From contig OY740785.1 in NCBI GenBank assembly GCA_963514005.1, forward strand, positions 20,398,001-20,462,000: a stretch of 64,000 nucleotides of DNA, in the 5' to 3' direction. Source of the stretch: Raja brachyura. Lineage: Eukaryota. Both the position numbers and the translations under genes were made by a program. Positions within the stretch are counted from its first letter, which is position 1; each line of letters begins with the position of its first letter. This document shows positions 23,976 to 35,150 of this stretch, piece after piece. A model generated the notes under the pieces. It had not been told where the DNA came from and ran no database searches. It saw only the letters and a program-made list of their open reading frames with translations.

Positions 23976-24809
23976 TTAGTGAGCTGTATGCAGTACAAAG
24001 AGATGATGTTTGGGAAAGGCAACCATCATACTTTGTTCCTCTTGATCTAGGAGATTCACTGTATGACTTACTTTAGTGTAGGTCTTGTTTCCTTTTACCC
24101 TGCCCTCTTGACGACAGCTTCATCTTTTACAGGTTGCATTCCAGCTCCCTCTGATCCCTTACATGTGTGCACTTTTCCTGATTGATCTTACCTGCCTATT
24201 ATCTGATCTATCTTGCCGCTAGTCACTTCAAAAGTACCTTATCTTTTATTCATAACCAGTGTTCATCGTTTTTTTTTCCAGATTCATCTATTTCTTATAA
24301 TCCTCATTTTCTCTCTCACAGAGAGAGTGGAGGGATCCTTGCACTAATTGTCTCCCATTTGTGCCAGATGTTGCTGACTTCAGTGCCATGGTCCATTGAA
24401 TGTTTCTGTGGTTTGTGCTCTCCATGGCATGTTTGATGTTCTGCCCTCAATTTACTTGTTTTGAATCCTGCACTTAATTCCTGGTAGATTTAATTTACCG
24501 GGGCTCTCAGCTTCCAACACAACAGCACAGTTTAAATTAAATCCTGACAGTCTGTAAGTTTTAAACATTTTAGTATTCTTTGCAAATTAGCATTTTTAAA
24601 AAACTTAATTGACCATTCGGCAATGCATTACAACCTTATGCCATGTTGATTGTTGCTTTATTTATTAAAAAAATCTTGGCACAGCTATTCCATTATAGCA
24701 ACAATATAAAGACATGTCAGAAACACTTTAATGAAGTTTCAATACTTATTAGGATACCTATAACATTACACTAGCCTGGAGTGCAAGGATTTGGGGATTG
24801 ACTGCTGGA

Positions 24810-25118
24810 CAGCACGGTGGCGCAGCGGTAGAGCTGCAGCCTCACAGAGCCTGAGACCCGGGTACGATCCTGACTACGGGTGCTGTCTGTACGGAGTTTG
24901 TACGTTCTCCCCGTGACCTGCGTGGATTTTCTCTGAGATCTTCGCTTTCCTCCCATACTCCAAAGACGTACAGGTTTGTTGGTTATTAGGCTTGGTATAA
25001 ATGTAAAAAATGTCCGTAGTGTGTGCAGGGTAGTATTAATGTGCGGGAAACGCTGGTCGGTGCGGACTCGGTGTGCCGAACGGCCTGTTTCCGCACTGTA
25101 TCTCTAAAACTAAATTAA
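24810..25118 (+). mobile_element. Full-length HE1-like V-SINE
   Basis: tRNA-derived head (A-box TGGCGCAGCGG, B-box-like GGTACGATCC), V-domain GGAGTTTGTACGTTCTCCCCGTG...TTTCCTCCCA, CR1-like 3' tail. Confidence 0.85.
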
Positions 25119-26194
25119 GATAGGAAGACTGTCTGTTCAGAACAATAAAAAGTGATGCCACTGACACATTTAAAAAGGGTCTCGACCCGAAACTTTGGCC
25201 ATTGCTTCTCTCCAGAGATGTTGCCTGTCCCGCTGAGTTACTCCAGCTTTTTGTGTCTATCTTTGGTGTAAACCAGCATCTGCAGTTCCTCCTTGCACAT
25301 TTAAGATTTATGAGTGCCCGACAGAGTGAATGTTGAGAGGTTGTATTCCTTGAGGTTAGGAAATTTCCACCTGCATTGTGCGACTCAGGAATGTTCAATC
25401 CCCACGCTGCTTGGGAGGTTTGGTTTTGAGTGCTTTGAAGATTGATTTTTAGAAGCGAGGGAACTGAGAGCTTTGAAGGCCAGCCAGGGAAGTGAATAAG
25501 TTATGGTATTAGCCTTGATGTTGTTGACCGGCAGAACAGGCTTTAGGTGATGAGCAGCGCTCTGTAATAGAATCACACTCATAGAAACAGGCCATTCGAC
25601 CCACCATATCCATACTGACCCATGGGTATCCTTCTGTATTTATGCCATCGCCCAGCACTTGGTCCATACCCGATATGCCTGAGTGATTCAAATGAACATC
25701 TTTACACTACTTAAAAGCAGAGAGCAGTTTAGCTTCAACCACCCATTCAGGAATTGCTGTCCAGGAACTCACCACTCGTATCCCCTCTGAATCTATTCCT
25801 CCTTACGTTAAACCAACGTCCTCTAGTTGTCTGTGTCTGAACCAATGTCTGAAGAAGGGTCTCGACCTGAAACAGCACCCTTTCCTTCCATCCAGTGATG
25901 TTGCCTGTCCTGCTGCGTTACTCCAGCATTTTGTGTCTATCCTCTAGTTTCAGCTACCTCTGTTTTTCATATTTTTGTTTCAACCCACCTACATAGATTC
26001 AACAAGGTTGACTATTGCTTTTATCCACAGCCTAACTATTTATGTTTCTTTTATGTGTTTTATTTTAACATTTTAGGGGGAATTTTTCTCTTGAGTATAG
26101 GATGTGGTCAATAGCATTTTATCAGTAAAGATCATCCAAAACAGCTTGAGCATAAAAGCTCTTACTTCCGAATATCGTAAAGACATTCGCCCGA

Positions 26195-26525
26195 TCGCCC
26201 GGTGCAGGGAGCTGATATTCTCTCTCGATGCTGGAGCTTGATCTCCCCGACGAGGAGGCCCGCTGCCGGCTACCGGTCAAGATCGTCCCGTCGACAGAAG
26301 GTTAGAGGCCCCGGACCACGGGCGAACAAAAGAGGGAAAAGATTGAACTTTTTTTTCGCCTTCCATCACAGTGAGGAATGTGGAGGAGTCACTGTGGTGG
26401 ATGTTTATGTAAAATGTATTTTGTGTGTCTTGTTGCTTTTTAATAGTACGACTGTATGGCAAATCAAATTCCTAGTGTGTTGCAAAACTTACTTGGCTAA
26501 TAAAGTATGATTATGATGATTATGA
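26195..26525 (+). mobile_element. GC-rich non-autonomous retroposon, 3' part (family also at 43570-44197 and 60085-60860)
   Basis: Shared GCCTTCCATCACAGTGAGG core; AATAAA followed by a (TGATTA)n tail. Confidence 0.6.
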
Positions 26526-26640
26526 AAAAGATGTGTGGCCCACATTTACTGAATTACTAGACTAAGTGGGACCTATTGGGTCCCAGTCACACAGGAGGCC
26601 TGGTCCCCCAATGCAACCCATTCCACATGCAATGTTCCAC

Positions 26641-28894
26641 AGTAGGTTGCGGTGCTACTGACACCAGATCTAGTTGTGGAGGCAGATGGGATATGCATGA
26701 GGCACAGATTCTCCAATCACATGGAATTAATTATTTAGAACTGTTAGGAGCGTTCTATGGGCTCAAAGCTTATTGTACCACTAAGCATCACTTACATGTT
26801 CAGTTGCAGATTGACAACACTACGGCAGTGGCGTATGTCAATCATATGGGTGGAATCAAGTCGAAATCATGTGATGGATTGGCTAACACTATTTGGCACT
26901 TGTGCATAAAAAAGAATATTTGGATTTCAGCTGTCTACTTGCCTGGCAGACTCAATATGGTGGCAGATACCAGGTCACGCAAATTCAACGACAACACCGA
27001 GTGGATGTTGAATCATGAAGTATTTGGTGAAATTGTCCTTCGGTATGGGATGCCAGATATCGATTTGTTTGCATCCAGACTTAATCACGAGGTACCGAAG
27101 TATGTTTCATGGGAACCAGACCAGCGGCAGTTGCAGTAAATGCATTCTCACTGCACTGGGGCAGAATGTTTGTATATGTTTTTCCACCCTTCTGCCTCAT
27201 CAGCCGGTGCCTGACTAAGATCAAGCAGGACACCGCTACAGGGGTTCTGGTAGTGCCCGACTGGCCTACACAGCCATGGTTCCCGCTCATTTCAGAAATA
27301 ACCACGCATTCTATTGTGCTGGTTCCAAAACGTGTACATTTATTGGTGCACCCTGTGACTGAGGACCCACACCCATTGAATGATTGTCTAAATTTGTTGA
27401 TTTGCAGATTTTAAAAAGGCCGTACCTGGGTCTGGGACTGTCCAATCAGACTGTGGATACCATCACATCATCCTGGAGGGATAGCACAAAAAGGCAATAC
27501 CTCTCCCATATCAGGAAATGGGATGAATTTTGCTTACATGGGAACATCAATTATCACGGCCTCCATCCCAGATTTGCTAGAATTCCTATCCCACTTACAC
27601 TCCAATGAAGGGCTGAATTACAGTGCCATCAACAGTGCCAGGAGTGCCCTGTCAGCGTACTTGTGCTGTGGGTCAGATCTCCAGCCTTTAGGGTCCACCC
27701 GTTAATATCTAGATTCATGAAGGGTGTGTTTAATTCCAATCCGCCTAGGCCTAGGTACTCTCAAATCTGGGATGTGAGCATGGTACTCATGGTGCTCCGT
27801 CAATGGGGAACAGCCACATCATTGTCCCTACTAAGGATCACCCTCAAATTGGTCATGCTCATGGCACTTACATCAGCACAAAGGGTTCAGACTCTCCACA
27901 AACTGCATCTGGACAGCATGGTGTCATCACAAAATGATGTTACTTTTCACGTCTATGACTTACTCAAACAGAGCAGACCAGGGGTGTCAGGATACAAGCT
28001 TGTATTGTCAGCTTATCCCGCAGATTCACACCTGTGTGTAGTGGAGCATTTGAAGCATTATATTGACGTTACGAAGAGCCACAGAAGGTCCGAGGTAGCA
28101 CTACTTATAAGCCACAAAAATCCACATAAGCACGTGTCATCTCAGACTATCTCACGATGGCTGAAGCAAGTCTTGGGATGTGCAGGAGTTAATACTCAAA
28201 ACTTTAAATCTCATTCCACCAGGGCCGCATCGACGTCAGCGGCGAAGGCAATGGACGTCCTTCTAGACCACATCCTCGCGACCGCAGGATGATCAAATGA
28301 ATCGACTTTTCAGAGATTCTACAACAAGCCGCTTGTTAAATCCGGGGTGTTCGCCCACTCTGTGTTAAATTTTGTTTCATAGCTTCTCTCTGGGAGAGCG
28401 GAGTTGCTATTGTATAGAATTTTGTTAGTTGTGAATTAAAACATTAACATGTTAATCTGTATCATGAATCAATGTTGTTACTAATTCACTCCTCCTGAGT
28501 CAACTGCTTGCAGTGTGATACGCCTGGATTTGGATCAGCGTGAAATCAGACATTTAAAGTCTTCACGGAATCACTCACGTGACTCCGAAGTAAAATAGTA
28601 AGATTAAACATGAACTTACCAGTTTGAAGTTTGATCTTTATTTTATGAGGAGTTACGATGAGCGATTACATGCCCACTGCTCCCAACCCTCATATCATGA
28701 AACTCATCTGGTAGTTCTAGAGTTATAATCTTACTATAATACTTTGAATGTTGTTTTCTGTGATTTCCCACCGCTGCTTTGAAGATTGGCGCGCATGCCG
28801 ACTGGCGGGGTTCTTCACGTAATCGCTCATCGTAACTCCTCATATAATAAAGATCAAACTTCAAACTGGTAAGTTCTCATTTAATCTTACTATT
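26641..28894 (+). mobile_element. DIRS1-like tyrosine-recombinase retrotransposon, 3' half (RNase H, methyltransferase-like domain, YR, ICR/ITR), pseudogenised
   Basis: RNase H: INYLELL, IDNTTAVAYVNHMGG, YLPGRLNMVAD..SR. MT-like: IDLFASRLN, YVFPPF, VVPDWPTQPWFP. YR: SAQRV, TISRWLK, HSTRAASTS, TFQRFY. A 76-bp inverted repeat pair lies at 28594-28669 / 28819-28894. Confidence 0.92.
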
Positions 28895-28897
28895 CTT

Positions 28898-29162
28898 TGG
28901 CCTTGCACCCTGCTTGAAGTGGTATGAAACTGCACTTGAATTTGGTGGCCTTTCACCCTGCTTGAAGTGGTAGGAAACTGCCCTTGAACTTGGTGGCCTT
29001 GCACCCTGCTTGAAGTGGTAGGAAACTGCACTTGAATTTGGTGGCCTTGCACCCTGCTCGAAGTGGTAAGAAACTGCACTTTAATTTGGTGGCCTTGCAC
29101 CCTGCTTGAAATGGTAGGAAAATGGATTTGAATTTGGTGGCCTTGCACCCTGCTTGAAATGG
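28898..29162. repeat. 48-bp minisatellite, ~5.5 copies
   Basis: Unit GGTGGCCTTGCACCCTGCTTGAAGTGGTAGGAAACTGCACTTGAATTT repeated in tandem. Confidence 0.92.
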
Positions 29163-29389
29163 AATTTCAAGGAATAGCCATGAGTCAACTGCCAGCCCAC
29201 CAGCCGTGAGTGAGCTGCCAGCACATCAGGCTTGAGGGATTGAGCTGCCACCCCAAGAGCCCATACCAGCGCCCCAGAAAGCCACCCACTGGCCACCAAT
29301 AATGGAATTAGTGGAGAGGTGGAATATTGCATCGGGGGACCAGCCCTCCTGTGTGAACATGGGACCCAATGGGTCCCACTTAGTCTAGT

Positions 29390-29923
29390 TAAACATTAAA
29401 TTCCTTCCATTTGGCCTATACATGCATGACAATGAGATTTAAAAATCATGTTCTATTGTGAATTCTTGTGTGAATGTTATTTGAACACTTAGGCTATTTA
29501 AAAATGTTAATTTTTTCTTAAGAAATAGATCGATGTTTAGATCTAGTAATTGAATTTTGAAATTAGCCACAATTGGTTAACTAACTAATCATATGCTTTA
29601 ATTTCAGCCATCCAAGCAAGATTCTTTCATATTTGTTTCAGAATGCTTCAATCTATAATAACTGAAAATTTCTTTCAGTTCTCTTAATTTTTAAGAAAGC
29701 TATGGGCTTTTGACTGTCCTTGATCAAGGCTTTTGTGTTAAGTGAATGGAAAAGCAATACAGAACAAGATGCTAATTTCCGAGTATGAAAATGGCCATAA
29801 CTTTTTTAATACTGAAGATATGAAAGTAAATTAGGTGTCAAATTAAACTTTTTTTATGCTTTATCCGATGGGATAAATTGCAGACTTGATTTTTTAAATC
29901 TCAAAAATTTGTAACATTTGCTA
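29390..29923. mobile_element. Second copy of the AT-rich repeat seen at 9185-9714
   Basis: Colinear high similarity to 9185-9714. Confidence 0.75.
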
Positions 29924-30058
29924 GTAGATGGGAGGTCAGGACCAAAGAGGACTGCACTGTTGCACGATGACAGCTGGGAAGAAACTGCTCCAGAATCTGC
30001 ACTGTGTTTAAGAAGGAACTGCAGAAGCTGGACAAGGTTGACAAGGTTGACAAGGGGT

Positions 30059-30152
30059 CTGAAGAAGGGTTTTGGCCCGAAACGTTGCCTATTTGTTCCT
30101 TCGCTCCATAGATGCTGCTGCACCCGCTGAGTTTCTCCAGCATTATGTCTAC
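30059..30152 (+). ncRNA. Penelope-derived module with a minimal hammerhead-ribozyme motif
   Basis: CTGAAGA-A-GGGTT(TT)GGCCC-GAAA-CGTT: HHR core boxes with stem II and a palindromic ACGT stem III. Confidence 0.5.
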
Positions 30153-30943
30153 CCAGAAGCTGCACTGCTGAGCGTTACCAGCATTTTATGGCTTTACTTC
30201 AAATTTTTAACAGCTGCAATTCTTTAAAAATGCCATGTTTTTGATCTGTAATTACACTGGGTCAGATCCTTTGGACAGGTCGCACCTGCATCAGACCAGC
30301 GTTACTCCAGCACTTTGTGTCTTGTCTTGGGTGTGGACCAGCCCAGCACATGCAGTTCCATCCCACCCCCATTGGTCGGAGGCGGACGCCGCCCGGCGCG
30401 GTCCCGAGCCAATGGCTGGCCGAGGCTCAGACGTCACCCGCCAACGTCATGTCAGCAGCCAATGGGAACCAGGATTTCGCACAGGATGTGACGTTCATAC
30501 GGGGATCTAGCCAATAGCGTGCCCGGCCTTGCAGCGCCGCCGCCATATTGGCCAATCGCAGCGGAAGAGAGGTGGTAGGCCTTACTCCGCCAATGGGCGA
30601 GCGGCTGTGCGCCGTGCTGGGCCAATGATAGTGAAGGAGAGGAGCAGAGGGGGGCGGGGGAAGAGAGAGGGAGGCGGGATGCGGGATGCTCCGGCCGTCG
30701 GCGCGTGCGGACGTACGTACGTTCCTTCGTCATTGTCGGGCACGTATGTACGTGCACGCGCGCGCGAGCGCCTCCTGCCCTCCCTCGGCTAGTCATACGT
30801 ATGTACGTACTGGCGTGCGTCCATCTCTTCCTTCCTCAGCTTGTGGTCGACAGCCGGTACGTGCGCGCAGCCGTCCCTCGGTCAGTACGTGCAGCGTGCG
30901 CGCGGCCGGCCCGCAGTGAGCGAGCGAGTGAGCGAGCGAGCGC

Positions 30944-30974
<31 letters not shown>

Positions 30975-31028
30975 GAGGGGGAGCAACGGCCGCGGCGCGA
31001 GCGGATCGGGATCGGGATCGGGATCAGG

Positions 31029-31055
31029 ATGCCGAACAAGAGCAAGAAAGAGAAG
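31029..31055 (+). CDS. PPP2R5D: PPP2R5D (PP2A B56-delta) coding exon 1, MPNKSKKEK
   Basis: ATG in the CpG island, 27 nt, then AAG|GTACCG donor. Matches the recalled B56 delta/gamma first coding exon (MPYKLKKEK / MPNKNKKEK). Confidence 0.88.
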
Positions 31056-31180
31056 GTACCGGCGACCGACCCATTCAATAAATCACTCAATTAAACCACC
31101 GATCAAAATTGGCAGTCTGACAATAACGCGCGTCTAATGGCTTTTCCCCCCCTCTCTCTCTCTCTCTCTGTGACCCGCAG

Positions 31181-31246
31181 GAGCCCAACAAGCCCGGCAA
31201 GAGTCCCAAGAGCAGCGGCAAGGATGGCGGGGATAACGCGGAGGAG
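31181..31246 (+). CDS. PPP2R5D: PPP2R5D exon 2, EPNKPGKSPKSSGKDGGDNAEE
   Basis: Pyrimidine tract with CAG acceptor and GAG|GTAAAA donor. Similar to recalled human ...SSSGKDGGGENTEE. Confidence 0.9.
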
Positions 31247-31588
31247 GTAAAAGGAAGGCGGGCGAGCCTGCTGCTGCTGCTGCTGCTGCTGCTGTCCATG
31301 GCCCTGGGCGCCCAGTGCACTCTCCCTCTCCCCCCCCCCCCCCCTTTGTCTCCTGGCGGCGGCGAGGCCCCGGCCCCAGGCCCGGCGGGCGGGCGGGCGG
31401 GCGGGCGGACAAGCGGGGACAGGGGACAAGATGGGGCGAGGGTGGGGCGGGGGAAGGAAGGAAGGGCAGCTCCCTCCCTCTCTTCCCCTGGAGAGAGAGA
31501 GAGAGCAACGGCAGCGTTAAGGGTGCAACGGTGGCTTTCACAAAGAACTTCCTCTGCAAAAGGATTTCATATCGAAATCCAGCTCCCA

Positions 31589-31619
<31 letters not shown>

Positions 31620-32824
31620 CACACACGGATTTCTGCAGTGGTTGTGGTGGAGAAGGAGGATAGGGGGATTAAGGTTCACAGCGTTGTGTTTTGGTTGGAT
31701 AACATTGACCACCATTCATAATGTTTACAAAAACGATTTTTTTGCACCTATGGATTGTTCCTTGCTGACGCGAGTAGACAGGGCTTCAGGAGCTCATGGC
31801 ATACAATTCTTAGACATTTTAAGAATCTAGTTGTTAGATTGCTTTGAATTGATATGGGTACCCTTTGTACTCTTTCTTTAAATTATCTGAGCCGGTTCAG
31901 GGAAACAGGAGGCAGGTGTTTTGATTTTGTGTTTAGAATTGTGAATGTAACTTTTTTACACAAACTCAACAGGAATCGATGAAGTTAGCAGTCTATAAAA
32001 TATCTCTGTATAAAGTGTCTGCTAATTGCCCTCTAATTATTCGTTAATGTTAATCAGTGAATAGATGGGATCCAAGGATTTTATGCTCGACTTTTAATTG
32101 TCTGATTTGGTTAATAATCATCACACAATCCTAAGTACAGAAAAAATACAATTTTGCCATCCGATCCCTTCTCTTTCCCCTCCTAATCCACTGTATTTTC
32201 TAAAAAGTCAAGCTACTCTGCTTTATCAAAAGCATGGTTAAGTATGTGCTCATGGTTCCAAAATTTGTAAGTGCTATTCAAGAAGAATTGGCACTGGGTC
32301 CATTTATATGAATGATTTGGTCATACTGTTTTATTTGTGAATTAAATATGGATATCACTGTAATGTTAGATTTATCGGCTGCTCCTATTCTTGAGAATTT
32401 GATGAGACTTTGGCTTGCCCATCTTGTTAACTTTGTTCCCAAAGTATTGTGTCAGGACTTTGTACATTAAAAATAAAAGAGTAGCAAAATATTTCTGGCG
32501 GAATGGGGTGTGACCTCAGAGATCAGCTGAAAATTCTGTTTAAGATTCAGAAAATCCAAGTAAGCTATTTGGATTTTAATTGCAGTAGTATTAAGTGGAA
32601 CAGAATATTTGTAAAATTGGGGGGTTACAGATTTCATAATGTGTTCAAAGGAATTCACAATTTGTTAGCACAAGGGAAGAATTTAAGGAATGAATTTGGG
32701 CAACAGGAGGTATGTAGTTTAGAGGAGCAGCATATGAGGTCGAGTGGGAATAGGGAAGCAAGATAGACACTGAACGCACTGAAGTGTTGTAAAAAGAGTA
32801 TAGAAGGGTGAAATTAAATGGACA

Positions 32825-33140
32825 AAAGACAATAGGTGCAGGAGTAGGCCATTCGGCCCTTCATTCTAGCACCGCCATTCAATGTGATTATGGCTGATCA
32901 TCCCCAATCAGTACCCCATTGCTGCCGTCTCTCCATATCCCCTAACTCCGCTACCTTTAAGAGCCCTATCAAGCTCCCTCTTGAAAGTATCCAGAGAATC
33001 GGCCTCCACCTGCAGAGAATTCCACAGATTCACAACTCTCTGTTCTAAATGGCTTGCACCCTATTCTTAAACTGTGGCCCCTGGTTCTGGACTCCCCCAA
33101 CATCGGTAACAAGTTTCCTGCCTCGGGTGTGTCCAAACCC
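32825..33140 (-). mobile_element. CR1 3' fragment
   Basis: Reverse complement of the CR1 3' end seen at 15350-15690. Confidence 0.8.
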
Positions 33141-33849
33141 TAAATGGAAATTAAGAAAGTCAAAAAAGTGCATTTAAAATATTAAGAAACCTCATCTTTT
33201 TGAGGGAAAGTGAATTTAAAGGAAAAACGATAATTACAAATGAATAAAAACAAGTTTGTGTGGGAATAGAAGACATGGACATGGTTTTAAATAAATATTT
33301 GTTTCTATTATTCAAAAAGACAATTCATGTTCAAAAAGGGTAAACTTCAAGACCAGGATAATGTCATCTCGGGTTTCAGAACATGCAACGAAGGTTATAA
33401 CTATTTTGGTATGCCTCAGGACTGGATGACATTAAAAGGAGATGAGCCTAGTAATTAGAGTCAGGTTAATGTTTGATGGTGGGTATATCTTTATTATTGG
33501 ATAAAATTGAAGGATATTTCAGAGCAGGCCATTTGACAGCTTGTACCTGCTCTGTCTTTGAGATCAGATATCAGATTAATGCCTTTGTCAAAGGTACAGA
33601 AATAAAAGTACACGGTGCCAATTAATTCAGAATGGATTTCTTGTATGTTTGATGTAATCTTCTCTAAACTACATATATGTGTGTATATATATATATATAT
33701 ATACACACACACTGAACTTTATTTCCTTCTCGTTTATCATATTGTTTACAGTGTACTAAGTTTACATATTCTGTTATGCTGCAGCACGAATGTCATTGTT
33801 CTATCTGGGACATATGACAATCAAACACTCTTGACCATTGTATTGGCTG

Positions 33850-35150
33850 AGGCAGAGAGTTTCAAATTGGGAGAAGCAATGGGATATATATTTTTTAAAG
33901 GGTTGGGTTCGCCCATTGAGTGGCCCAGCTTACTGAGGTGTAAGTGCTTTGTGGGTAAGTGCTGAGGCTTTGGCTCGAGGAGTCTGAGCAGAGGGTAATG
34001 ACAGGTTGATTGTTTTTGTGTGTGATTTTCTTTTTTTTCCTGTTGATCTTGGTGCAATAGAGATGGCAGGTGGGATAGGGAAATGCTCCTCCTGAGGATG
34101 TAGAAAGTCAGGGAAACTTCCAGTGTCCCTGAGGAGTACACCTGCAGAAAGTGCCTTTAGTTGTTGCTGCTTACAGAGTGTGTTATTAACTGGAGCTCCA
34201 ACCTGATGACCTCGGGCTCATCTGGGAGTGTCATTGCTAGAAGTCATCGTAAGGTGATCGTGACTAAGTTACAGCCAGAGAAGGGATGGGCAATCACCAG
34301 GGCTGGGAGGTCAATTGTAATGGGCCTGACTCTGAGGCACAGAGGGGTAGGATAAAGTCCTGCAGAGCCATAGTGGTAAGATACTCATGCTGAAGAAGGG
34401 TCTCAACTCCAAGCGTCACCTATTCCTTTTCTCCACAGATGCTGTCGGACCCGTTGAGTTACTCCAGATTTTTGTGTCTATCATGATAGGAGACTTGTTA
34501 GTTAGGGGAACAGATTCAGTGGCAGCAAACAAGACTCGCCAGTGGTGAGTTCCAGCGTTCAGGGTGACTCGGACCGGTTGCAGAATATTCTCAAGGAGGA
34601 GGTAGAGCAGCCCAATATCCTTGTGCACGATGGGACAAATTATATGGGTATGGAAAGGGATGAAGTCCTGTGGGGTGAATATACGTAATTAGGCAACCGT
34701 TTAAAAAGTAGGGCATTGGGAATTATCTCCAGATTACTTGTGGTGAATGGGAATTTGGAACTGATGAATGTGTGGATTGGCTGTTGGTGCAGGGGGCAGG
34801 GTTTCAGCTTTTTTTTTTATTCATTGGGATCTCTTCTGGAGGCTGACATACCTATACAAGAGGATGGATTGCACCTGAACTGGAGGTTTTTACTATTGTT
34901 GGGGGGGGGGTGAGAACCAGTGTAGATTGTCAACAAATGGAAGGATGGATGGTAGAGGTTAGGGCTGGTAATTCTCAAAGGACAGCTGGGCAGGGAGAGG
35001 TTAAGGATTATGGTCAAACTGATGAGCTCATGTCTGTTCATTTTAACGCAGGGAATATAGTAGGTAAAATAGATTAACGGAGTACTGGTTGTCATGATGT
35101 GAAGGCTTTGGAGAGGGTGCAGAAGAGATTTTTGAGAATGCTGCGTGGAT
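33850..35150 (+). mobile_element. Degraded CR1 ORF1 region (zinc finger and SGNH esterase)
   Basis: PEEYTCRKC-like finger and an IGDxxVRGTD-like esterase motif at ~34485. Interrupted by a Penelope module at ~34390-34480. Confidence 0.55.

Larger units (their letters stand above)
26556..29389. mobile_element. Element bounded by ~70-bp inverted repeats, each ending hairpin-N7-CTAG (Helitron-3'-like); encloses the DIRS remnant and a minisatellite
   Basis: ACTAGACTAAGTGGGACCTATTGGGTCCC... and ...GGGACCCAATGGGTCCCACTTAGTCTAGT. Confidence 0.7.
30370..31480 (+). promoter_or_regulatory. CpG island / promoter of PPP2R5D with eight CCAAT boxes
   Basis: Very high GC and CpG density. CCAAT/ATTGG at 30371, 30409, 30459, 30511, 30547, 30552, 30590 and 30622; GC box GGGGCGGGG at ~30651; (GGC)n in the 5' UTR. 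Confidence 0.85.

Noticed and set aside
27000-28380. Adenine-methyltransferase-like and phage-integrase-like ORFs as bacterial or phage horizontal transfer
   Set aside because: The RNase H, MT, YR order plus terminal inverted repeats is the standard DIRS1 architecture, and the ORFs are frameshifted with a stop near the catalytic Tyr.
28898-29162. Regular 48-bp repeats as a possible CRISPR array
   Set aside because: Head-to-tail tandem units with no unique spacers, in a eukaryotic context with no cas genes.
8939-30370. A divergent head-to-head gene (PEX6 is the neighbour in human) or further PARP1 exons
   Set aside because: No recognisable exon found by eye; the region is explained by TEs. 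Very short exons could have been missed.
30235-31830. Many overlapping ORFs in the CpG island
   Set aside because: Expected from GC-rich sequence with few stops. Only the two short spliced PPP2R5D exons have protein similarity and splice signals.
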